Positions 20,120 through 27,388 of a DNA stretch of 27,388 bases are shown here, in pieces; within the stretch, counting starts at the first letter, position 1; each line of letters begins with the position of its first letter. Source of the DNA: an uncultured Bacteroidales bacterium (GTDB taxonomy: Bacteria > Bacteroidota > Bacteroidia > Bacteroidales > Paludibacteraceae); assembly GCA_937886455.1 (NCBI GenBank), contig CALGCU010000288.1, forward strand, positions 1 through 27,388, read 5' to 3'. The position numbers were made by a program, and so were the translations under genes. Under the pieces are notes generated by a model. That model saw nothing but the letters and a program-made list of their open reading frames with translations, did no database searches and was not told the origin of the DNA.

Positions 20120-20210
20120 CAACAAATCTTTTTAACTATCACTGATGAGGTGAAAAATATTCACAATATGAATTGTTGTTGCCCGATACACATCACCTAT
20201 TATTTTGTTT

Positions 20211-20372
20211 CTATCTTTAGTTAGGATGGGATGTACTTCGGCGTAAATAAGTAAAATGGATTTTATTATGTTCTTCTTAGCCTTTTGCTATCTTTGGATA
20301 TGATATACTGCACTCGTTGCAAAATGTATTGAAGTCAATTTCCTACATTTTACTCGTTTGTTGCTATCTTTG
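20211..20372 (+). repeat. Tandem degenerate palindromic units of the AAGATAG...CTATCTT family
   Basis: CTATCTTT recurs at 20211, 20288 and 20364 (period 76-77). Units are ~20223-20294 and ~20300-20370, and the latter aligns with 22031-22101. Confidence 0.7.
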
Positions 20373-20430
20373 ACTGTCGGCTCACCGTCGGCTGACCGTC
20401 GGGGATGCTAAGTGAGCGGTAAGTGAGTGA
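20372..20430 (+). repeat. 11-bp tandem repeats (GACCGTCGGCT-type x3, then TAAGTGAGCGG-type x2)
   Basis: GACTGTCGGCT-CACCGTCGGCT-GACCGTCGGGG (20372-20404); TAAGTGAGCGG-TAAGTGAGTGA (20409-20430). Confidence 0.85.
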
Positions 20431-20624
20431 TAGGGCGCTTTGTTGGAGCTTTTTTGATGGTGAAATGGAATGTGTTTCTTGGAAGGGAAACTTTTATTGG
20501 GTAGTGCTCATTGTTAAATGGAAAACAAAAATGAATTATCACAAAGTGTTGTTATACAGAAGCAATAAATCAGAATTCTAAATGGTTTGATTTTTCACAT
20601 TTCTAATAGATTGCGTGTGAAACA

Positions 20625-20639
20625 TGGCATGCGATTTGC
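20625..20639 (+). promoter_or_regulatory. Sigma54-like promoter upstream of the FGE-fold gene
   Basis: TGGCATGCGATTTGC, with canonical GG and GC spacing. Confidence 0.55.
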
Positions 20640-20653
20640 TCAATATCATATTG

Positions 20654-22009
20654 ATGATGAAAAAAAACAAATCCTTCATAGGTGTTCTTCTTGCTGCCAG
20701 TTTAAGCCTTGTAGTTATTCCCCAAGGTGTATGTGCGAAGCATAAAAAATCGGTACCCGACTCACTTCAAACTCTTTGTTATGATGTGAATGGTGTTTCT
20801 TTCACTATGCAACGTGTGGAAGGTGGTGTGTTCTTTATGGGTGGAACGCGCGAACAACACAAGGAGTCTGTTTCCATTGATAAACCAGTGCATACTGTGG
20901 CATTAGATGCCTATTATATTGCTACAACTGAAGTGACGCAAGCGTTGTGGAAAGCAGTGATGCCGGAGTGGGAATTCGTGGAGTCTTTATACCTTCCTGA
21001 ATTCCCGGTTTGTTATGTAACGTGGGATGATTGTCAAGAATTTATTCGTCGGTTGTGTGTTATGACAAATATGCCTTTTCGGCTTCCAACTGAGGCTGAA
21101 TGGGAGTTTGCTGCCCGAGGGGGTAATGTGAGTAGTGGGTATCGATTTGCAGGAGGAAACGAAATAGATAGTGTATCGTGGAGCCTCTCTAATTCTAATT
21201 TCAGAAGGCATGAAGTAGCGCAGAAAAAACCGAATGAATTAGGATTGTTTGATATGACGGGTAATGTGAGTGAATGGTGTAGCGATTGGTATGCTTCCTA
21301 TCATTTGGGCACAGAGCCTAATCCTAAAGGTCCGCAAGAAGGAACGTTGAAAATTGTGAGAGGAAGTAGTTTTGATGATTGTGTGGAAAATAGTTATCTT
21401 TCACGTCGTGGTTCACATAACCCCAAAAGTGCGACAAATTACTGTGGATTGCGATTGGCTTTGACCTTGCCGCATGAGCCAACCTTGCAAGTGAGGGAGG
21501 AAATGGAAATAACTCAAAGAGTTAAGATTGGTAATGTGCGATTGAAAATGCACTATGTTCCCCATGAACATTTCTATTACATATCTGAAAATGCTATCAC
21601 ATGGCGTGTGTGGAGCCGGATTATGAAAGAAGAAATGCAAGGTAAGTGGTCGCATGCAGTGATAGGAAAAACTCCCAAAGAATGGGCGTCGTTTTTGGAA
21701 ATGTGTCGACAGAAAAGTATGATTCCATTTGATTGGGCTACTGAGGAAGAGGTGCAATATGCCTTAACGGAAAAAATAATACCTGAACCTAAAATAACAC
21801 AGCCCCGACAACGCCGTTGGGAGAAAGATGTGCATAGTATTCAACGTCATCGCAGATTCATAAAGAAACTCCAACCATGGGTAGAGTTGGTCTCCTCTAA
21901 AATACAATTAGAAGTTCCGGATGACCCGATTTTGCTGACATACAACGATTCTGAAAAAGATGACCAACCTAAATGGTTGGTGATTAGAGGAACAGTCCAT
22001 AATCGATGA
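20654..22009 (+). CDS. Secreted FGE/SUMF1-fold (C-type lectin-like) protein with a degenerate second repeat
   Basis: Signal peptide from MMKKNKSF (20654 or 20657), FFMGG, EVTQALW, RLPTEAEWEFAARGG, PNELGLFDMTGNVSEWCSD and GLRL. Confidence 0.87.
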   Translation: MMKKNKSFIGVLLAASLSLVVIPQGVCAKHKKSVPDSLQTLCYDVNGVSFTMQRVEGGVFFMGGTREQHKESVSIDKPVHTVALDAYYIATTEVTQALWKAVMPEWEFVESLYLPEFPVCYVTWDDCQEFIRRLCVMTNMPFRLPTEAEWEFAARGGNVSSGYRFAGGNEIDSVSWSLSNSNFRRHEVAQKKPNELGLFDMTGNVSEWCSDWYASYHLGTEPNPKGPQEGTLKIVRGSSFDDCVENSYLSRRGSHNPKSATNYCGLRLALTLPHEPTLQVREEMEITQRVKIGNVRLKMHYVPHEHFYYISENAITWRVWSRIMKEEMQGKWSHAVIGKTPKEWASFLEMCRQKSMIPFDWATEEEVQYALTEKIIPEPKITQPRQRRWEKDVHSIQRHRRFIKKLQPWVELVSSKIQLEVPDDPILLTYNDSEKDDQPKWLVIRGTVHNR

Positions 22010-22030
22010 GAGGATGTAGTATCTTTATAG

Positions 22031-22103
22031 AAGATATTCGGCACTCGCTGTGAAAAATATTCAAGCGAGCTTGATATTTCTCGCTCGTTTCTACGTATCT
22101 TTG
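22031..22103 (+). repeat. Single palindromic unit ending in the -7 promoter box TATCTTTG for the downstream gene
   Basis: AAGATA (22031-22036) ... central CAAGC-GA-GCTTG hairpin ... TATCTTTG (22096-22103); preceded by a remnant TATCTTTA of another unit. Confidence 0.75.
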
Positions 22104-22131
22104 CAGGCGAATAGCTGATAGTTTCAAATAT

Positions 22132-23355
22132 ATGAGAATAAAAACGTTGCTGTGTTGTCTGTTGGGTTGGTGTGCAGTGCAGGCTTCTGTTCCTGTGAAA
22201 TGGAAGGCAGAGTATTTGGTGGGTACCATCATGCAGGGGTCGCGCATTGATCCGTTAATTGATAATCCAGTTATGGGTGCCGAAGTGGCTGCTGAGTTTA
22301 TGCCTACTTTACGAATGCCTTGGGCAATGCCCTATAATGGTGCTTCTGTGGGAGTTGCAATGACTTACCTTAATCTGGGTAATAATGCAAAATTAGGTAA
22401 TGCAGTAGCTCTCTATCCGTATTTAAATATACCTTTGGTCAATAAACGACATTTTATTCTTTCCTTAAAACCCGGAGTGGGGGTGAGTTTTGTGGATAAA
22501 CGCTACTCTAATACGAATGAAAATGGTACATTAGGTATATCCAATAGTGATAATCCCACCCAGATAGCTAATTCAGCTTTCGGTTCTGTGTTAAATGTCT
22601 ATTTCGCAGGAATGTTGTCAATGGAGTTTCCCCTAACGAAGGGTGTAAGTATTTCTACTTCCGGAGGATGGAACCACATTAGTAATGGTAGTTTTATTCA
22701 GCCCAATGGGGGGATGAACATGTTCAATGTACAAGTTGGAATGAAGTATTTTCCGCAACATGCTTCTTATCAATCGCCTGATGTGGAGGTGGCTGATGTC
22801 AAGTGTCGTTGGTCGTTTGATGTGATTGTTTCAGGAGGATGTCGTCAGTTGTACTATCGTGATAATCGTTTCTTCCCGGTAGCTTCCTTGCAAGTGGGTG
22901 TTTTTTATCGCTGTGCTAATATATTCCGTATTGGTCTTGGAGGAGATGCTTTCTATGATGGAGTTTATGCGTCAGTTAATTCATCTCCTGACCCGTCTCA
23001 AAATATCTCATCCTACAAGTTTACTTATCTAACGGAAGACCGGTGGCAAAACCGCTTGCGCGCAGGTGTTTCTCTGCAACCAGAATTTGTGATTGGTAAA
23101 CTCACAGCGGGTTTTCATTTTGGAGTTTATCTGTATGATCCGATTAAGAATCTCGAGCCTTATACGGTGGCCCAATCTGCTCCGCAATCAAAAGGGATTT
23201 TCTATAAATACAACATCAATAAGGAGGATGGTTGGTTTTATACACGTGCCTCACTCAAGTATGAGGTGACCCCTCATCTTCTCTTGGCTATAGGGCTAAA
23301 AACACACCTTCATCGGGCGGAATTTATTGAATGGGGTATTGGATATCGGTTTTAA
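22132..23355 (+). CDS. Acyloxyacyl hydrolase-like / PagL-like outer-membrane beta-barrel
   Basis: Signal peptide, H-x-S-N-G motif (NHISNGSFIQPNGGMN) and terminal aromatic strand GIGYRF. Confidence 0.75.
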   Translation: MRIKTLLCCLLGWCAVQASVPVKWKAEYLVGTIMQGSRIDPLIDNPVMGAEVAAEFMPTLRMPWAMPYNGASVGVAMTYLNLGNNAKLGNAVALYPYLNIPLVNKRHFILSLKPGVGVSFVDKRYSNTNENGTLGISNSDNPTQIANSAFGSVLNVYFAGMLSMEFPLTKGVSISTSGGWNHISNGSFIQPNGGMNMFNVQVGMKYFPQHASYQSPDVEVADVKCRWSFDVIVSGGCRQLYYRDNRFFPVASLQVGVFYRCANIFRIGLGGDAFYDGVYASVNSSPDPSQNISSYKFTYLTEDRWQNRLRAGVSLQPEFVIGKLTAGFHFGVYLYDPIKNLEPYTVAQSAPQSKGIFYKYNINKEDGWFYTRASLKYEVTPHLLLAIGLKTHLHRAEFIEWGIGYRF

Positions 23356-23359
23356 AAGA

Positions 23360-25462
23360 CTAATTGTCAAGTAAATCCAAAAATAGATTTATCTCGCTTT
23401 GGTTGATGTGATTGTTTTTCATGTTCTGCATGAACTCTCTTAGTTTGTGATATAATCTGCGTTCGTCACGATGAGTGTTGAGTTCGGTGCGTAGTAATTC
23501 ATAGGCTTGGCTACGTAATCCTATAGCCCATAGTCCTGCGCCTATGTGTAGCCTTTTCTCAGTTGATAAATCGGGTTGGGTAAGACTCATTTCCCAGTAT
23601 TTGCGTGCTTGTTCGTAGTTACCTGTTTGATAGGATAAATCTCCAATCGCAATGGTGGCAAGGTTGTAGGCGGAGTGTTCCCAATGGATTTTAAATGCTG
23701 TTTGCAATGCCGTTTCTAATTGTCCCATAGCTTCTTGGCAATAACACAACTTGATGGCCATTCGGTAGTCGTTTGGACTTAATTGACTGAGTTCTTCATA
23801 TAGATGAAGCGCTGTTTCGTAGTTGCCTTGTACGTACGCAATGTTTGCCATGCGTTTTAGCGTCCATTTATCATTAGGTTGTAGTAAATCGGCTTTCTGG
23901 TATAATTCCCATGCTTCTGATGGGTTATCGGTTGTTTTCTCTGTGGCATATCCCATGCGCTGGTAGAGGGTGGCATCGTTGCGCTCTGCAGCCCATAGTT
24001 GGTAGATGCTTAGGGCTTCTTGGTAATGCTCTTCTGCGAAGAGCCTGTCTGCTAATGCGATTTGTTGGCTCATGCTGAAAATTCCCTTGGTAAACAATGG
24101 TGTTTTGCTCCATGTTAATGCTAAACCAAATGGATTTTTATTGGCTTTGGAAAATGCAGGATAGAGTTCAAAAAAACGATATAAGTCTTGGATATATTGA
24201 TTAGCCATGCGCATCCATCCATCTTCTTTGCTAAGTTTTTGTATGCCTTCAGTCAATTGTTCTTCCATTTCTTGCCCTAATTGGCTGTTCACCAGTTTTC
24301 GTTGTTCCTCCGGCATTTGTTTGATGCTGATACAGAAAGAATATTTGTCTGAATTACAAAGCGTACCATTATCCACAAAGACATCTAACACACTCTTTCC
24401 ATTGGGGGTAAAGAGCTCAGATATACTGGAGTGGTGTTTGTCAAATGGTAAAAACCAAGCGTAAGGTAGTTGGAAAAAACTGATGCGTTTTAAATCGGCA
24501 AAATTGGCAAAATACACATCGGCACCACTCATTTGTAACTCACCAAACTCTCTGATTTTAGCTTCTATATCGCTGTCGTAACTGATGTCTTTCCAATGCG
24601 GGTTTTGTTCATCGTCTTTTTGTGTTTCCTCAAGCCTGTCTTGCATTTTTTGTCCCGCTTTCATGAGGTCGGGTAACACTTCAGTACGCAGTTTTTCGGT
24701 AAGTTTTTTTGTGCCGGCTGTACGTATTATCAGTCGTATGAGTATCTCCAATCTGCGGTGAAGGGTAGGGTGCTCTATAAGCATGATATAGAGGTCTTCA
24801 GCTGTGTATTTGTCAGGATGGAGCAAAAGGCTGAGGCTGATGCCACACAATGCACGCATACCGGGCTCGTCTTCATTGTTAAGACTTTCTAATAACAGCA
24901 TGCATTTTGCTTTGTCCCATTTTCTCCATAGATTAAGACTTACTGCTGTTACGGCTAAACATTTTTCATTGTTGCCAAATTCAGTGCCATTGAGTATGGT
25001 TCTGTAAAGCTCAGTTTCTGAATCTGAATAGGTGGTGGTAGTCATCAGTAGGTCAAACCATCGTCTGAGCATTTGCTCGTAGGCTGTGCGTTCGCAGAGC
25101 CCTTCATGATAGTCTTGTAGGATGTTGATTGAAAAAACATCTCTGTGCAAACGGGCGTTTCTTATCTGTGTGTATGGAAAACCAACTTCTTCTGAAATGA
25201 GCAATTCTTCTTGTAATTCCTCTCCTAATAGGAGTGCTTCTTGCTTGATTTTATGAAGCATCTTTTCGCGCTCTGGATCATCCACTCCGTCTAAATAGTA
25301 TTTGGCTAATAAATCATAGTGTGTTAGCAGGTTCTCTATTTGCACACTCCACTGACCAAGCTTGTGCTCGGTGCATAGGTTTAACATTTCATGGAGAGCT
25401 TTTTTTAGTCGCCCTTGTTTCAAATAGTGAGTGAATCTGGTTACATTCATTGTTGTAGGCAA
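23360..25462 (-). CDS. Tetratricopeptide repeat protein (conserved Bacteroidetes type)
   Basis: GADVYFANF..LK..FF....WFLPF, CNSDKYSF and YIQDLYRFF blocks plus C-terminal TPR helices. The start may be 25450. Confidence 0.82.
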   Translation of the reverse strand: MPTTMNVTRFTHYLKQGRLKKALHEMLNLCTEHKLGQWSVQIENLLTHYDLLAKYYLDGVDDPEREKMLHKIKQEALLLGEELQEELLISEEVGFPYTQIRNARLHRDVFSINILQDYHEGLCERTAYEQMLRRWFDLLMTTTTYSDSETELYRTILNGTEFGNNEKCLAVTAVSLNLWRKWDKAKCMLLLESLNNEDEPGMRALCGISLSLLLHPDKYTAEDLYIMLIEHPTLHRRLEILIRLIIRTAGTKKLTEKLRTEVLPDLMKAGQKMQDRLEETQKDDEQNPHWKDISYDSDIEAKIREFGELQMSGADVYFANFADLKRISFFQLPYAWFLPFDKHHSSISELFTPNGKSVLDVFVDNGTLCNSDKYSFCISIKQMPEEQRKLVNSQLGQEMEEQLTEGIQKLSKEDGWMRMANQYIQDLYRFFELYPAFSKANKNPFGLALTWSKTPLFTKGIFSMSQQIALADRLFAEEHYQEALSIYQLWAAERNDATLYQRMGYATEKTTDNPSEAWELYQKADLLQPNDKWTLKRMANIAYVQGNYETALHLYEELSQLSPNDYRMAIKLCYCQEAMGQLETALQTAFKIHWEHSAYNLATIAIGDLSYQTGNYEQARKYWEMSLTQPDLSTEKRLHIGAGLWAIGLRSQAYELLRTELNTHRDERRLYHKLREFMQNMKNNHINQSEINLFLDLLDN

Positions 25463-25471
25463 TGATTGAAA

Positions 25472-26176
25472 CTATCCCATACGACTTATTTTCATTAGAC
25501 GCTCGTAGTCCAATATCTTTATTTTGCGTCCGTCTATGCTAATCACTTCTTCTGAGGCAAAGTTGGAAAGGGTGCGTATGGCATTTGAAGCAGTCATGTT
25601 AGATAGGTTGGCTAAGTCTTCTCTTGACATATACATGCTGATAGTAGCTCCGTCTGCTTCTACTCCGTAACTGTTTTTAAGTGAAAGGAGTGCTTCTGCT
25701 AAGCGTCCACGTATGTGTTTTTGAGTGAGGTTTACAGAACGTTTGTCGGCTGCACCTAAGTCGGTGGCAAGTTCTACCAAAAAATGATAGCAAAAGTCGC
25801 GATTGCTCTTCAGCAAACTGAGAAATATCTCTTTGGGCAACATGTAAACTGTGGATGGTTCAAAAGCGCATACATTGGTGTTGTATTGCTCGCCTGCGAT
25901 TATGGCACGATAACCAAAATGCTCGTAGGGCTTTAACATGCGCACAATCTGATTGCGGTTGCCAACTCCTTCTTTATACACTTTCACTTTCCCTTTTACC
26001 AACACCATCATGTGTGTGGGTTCATCTCCCTCGTAATGAATGAGCTGATTCTTCTTGAATTGGTGAATGCTGATATGCAAATCTACTAAATTGCGTTCTG
26101 TAGCAGTTAATACATTCCATGCGGGAGATAGGTCCCATAAATGTTCGTGCTCTGCGTTCAGTCTTCGTGTTGCCAT
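25472..26176 (-). CDS. Crp/Fnr family transcriptional regulator
   Basis: cNMP-binding barrel (EGD, GKVKVYK, FGYRA) and HTH SREDLANLSNMTASNAIRTLS. Confidence 0.93.
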   Translation of the reverse strand: MATRRLNAEHEHLWDLSPAWNVLTATERNLVDLHISIHQFKKNQLIHYEGDEPTHMMVLVKGKVKVYKEGVGNRNQIVRMLKPYEHFGYRAIIAGEQYNTNVCAFEPSTVYMLPKEIFLSLLKSNRDFCYHFLVELATDLGAADKRSVNLTQKHIRGRLAEALLSLKNSYGVEADGATISMYMSREDLANLSNMTASNAIRTLSNFASEEVISIDGRKIKILDYERLMKISRMG

Positions 26177-26303
26177 AGCTTAGAAGAAGATTTTTTTTAC
26201 GTCACACACCATCGGTGATGTGATGCCTAGGTTGTCGTTTTGTTAGTATAATTAGTTGGCATAAAAAAGAAAATACCCATTGGCGCTTTCTTTTTGTTAT
26301 TGG

Positions 26304-26334
26304 CAAAGGTAACTCAAAATCTGCAATCCGCAAA
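26304..26334 (-). promoter_or_regulatory. Housekeeping promoter for the Crp/Fnr-TPR unit
   Basis: -7 TACCTTTG (26304-26311), 19-nt spacer, -33 TTTG (26331-26334). Confidence 0.7.
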
Positions 26335-26397
26335 ACTTCAAAGCATAAAAAGTGGAAAGAATTTAGAATTGAGGCAATTTGGCATCTTTTTATGTGT

Positions 26398-26434
26398 AAA
26401 AAAAAGACGACCACATCTTGTGTGGCCGTCTTTT
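26398..26434 (-). terminator. Intrinsic terminator after the DPP III gene
   Basis: AAAAGACGACCACA / TGTGGCCGTCTTTT stem with a long A run (U tract on -). Confidence 0.75.
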
Positions 26435-26457
26435 CTGTCAAATAACTACAATCCGGA

Positions 26458-26913
26458 TTAGTTGTAAGTAGGAAGCACGGAATAGTCCTTGCTGTAACGT
26501 AAGTGTTGTTCTGTATATCCTTCTGTGTAGTCTAAGGTTACATTAATCATGTTGCCTTCTGCATCATATTCCGGTACATACACTGGGTTGACAAATCCTT
26601 TGTAAGGTGCCAGATTTAATTTTGCATAGCGTTCCAACACTTCTTTATGTAGGTCTTGATTCACTTGCACGGCATATTGTTCTACAATTTGTTTGCCGGC
26701 TTCATAATCACCGGTTGATTTGATGCGTTGGATTTCGCGCAATAACTCGCCAAATAAGTCGCGCAATTTGTCATAATCGTTCACTACGACATAGGTTTTA
26801 CCGTCTCTTTCCTTAAATTCTACCACCTTGTCGGCTGCACCATGTTCCATCACCCAATTGGCAATCAATTGACGGTTACGCATATGGGCTTCTTCGATGG
26901 TCTTACCTGGTTG
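26458..26913 (-). CDS. Dipeptidyl-peptidase III (M49) C-terminal part, 5'-truncated at a junction
   Basis: IEEAHMRNRQLIA, LREIQRIKSTGD and PYKGFVNP are M49 C-terminal motifs; the upstream HExxGH-type zinc region is missing. Confidence 0.88.
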   Translation of the reverse strand, partial: QPGKTIEEAHMRNRQLIANWVMEHGAADKVVEFKERDGKTYVVVNDYDKLRDLFGELLREIQRIKSTGDYEAGKQIVEQYAVQVNQDLHKEVLERYAKLNLAPYKGFVNPVYVPEYDAEGNMINVTLDYTEGYTEQHLRYSKDYSVLPTYN

Positions 26914-27388
26914 TTCCAAATCATCATGTTCCTTTCGCTCGGTCTGTTAGTAAATCCATCTGAATTGCTTCCTGTTGCAGGTATAGGTATTTTGGTCGGT
27001 TTGTTTATGATATTTGTTTCGCGTCCGTTGTCGGTATTGTTGTCGATGTTGCCATTCCGTAAATTTTCGTTGAGCGGACGTATATTCACCTCATTTGTCG
27101 GATTACGTGGTGCTGTGCCTATTATTTTTGCTACCTATCCACTCATTGCAGGCGTAGAAAATGCAAATACAATGTTTAATATAGTCTTTTTTATCACAAT
27201 ATTATCTCTTGTGTTCCAAGGCACAATGATTCCACAAGTAGCCCGTTGGTTGAAACTTGATTTACCAATGAAAGAAAAAGTAAAATTGAAAGAGTTTGAT
27301 GTGGAGTTTTCTGACGATATCAAATCTGCAATGAGCGAAATGGAAGTAACAGCCAAGATGATTGCAAAGGGCGATCGTTTGATGGATA
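26890..27388 (+). CDS. cvrA: K+/H+ antiporter (CPA1, CvrA/NhaP2-like) internal part; 5'-truncated and running off the window
   Basis: Manual translation (absent from the ORF track): FFDGLTWLFQIIMFLSLGLLVNP...RPLSV...FVGLRGAVPIIFATYP...FNIVFFITILSLVFQGT; open to base 27388. Confidence 0.88.

Noticed and set aside
20142..20155. CTGATGA...GAAA hammerhead ribozyme core
   Set aside because: Only 3 nt lie between the core segments (no stem II) and flanking stems are not supported.
20052..20620. Cobalamin or SAM riboswitch upstream of gldF-metH
   Set aside because: No recognisable B12-box or S-box elements on the - strand, and the putative promoter leaves only a ~55-nt leader.
20654..22009. FGE/C-type-lectin protein as a diversity-generating retroelement target
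   Set aside because: No reverse transcriptase and no adenine-variant template repeat of the 21355-21460 region is seen in the window, and the FGE domain is not C-terminal. A remote DGR cannot be excluded.
26202..26223. Canonical CRP site upstream of the Crp/Fnr gene
   Set aside because: The half-sites are in reversed order (TCACA...TGTGA) with wrong spacing relative to TGTGA-N6-TCACA.
196..27356. Numerous short antisense or alternative-frame ORFs in the track (e.g. 1578-2159, 15857-16336, 26202-26441, 26865-27089, 27135-27356)
   Set aside because: They are shadows of well-supported genes or span promoter/terminator DNA, and have no recognisable motifs.

Overview
AT-rich Bacteroidales chromosomal segment. 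The taxon is inferred from the gene set and from repeated TAnnTTTG/-33 TTTG housekeeping promoters. It is mostly core genes. On the + strand: acyltransferase, coaD, an S41 protease, a Wzx-like flippase, a GT4-like glycosyltransferase and pheT. A long - strand block follows: YitT, a DUF4349 lipoprotein, an MFS transporter, dnaJ, grpE, a DEDDh exonuclease, dnaN, a metallophosphoesterase, an outer-membrane beta-barrel, a domain-truncated MetH and gldF. Then come an FGE/SUMF1-fold protein and an acyloxyacyl-hydrolase-like protein (+), and a TPR protein and a Crp/Fnr regulator (-). The main surprises are non-coding. (1) Three dispersed, identically framed arrays CTATCT-NN-(11-mer)n-ATG each have their own locus-specific 11-bp unit. 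(2) A family of ~71-76-bp imperfect hairpins, often in tandem, has the -7 promoter box as its right arm. (3) An internally deleted IS4-family element has an inverted solo copy of its end on the other side of pheT. (4) Three sigma54-like promoters occur. (5) Near the right edge, the 3' halves of a dipeptidyl-peptidase III gene (-) and a K+/H+ antiporter gene (+) are joined head-to-head through a shared ~24-bp segment, which is either an inversion breakpoint or an assembly chimera. No rRNA, tRNA, CRISPR array or reverse transcriptase was recognised.
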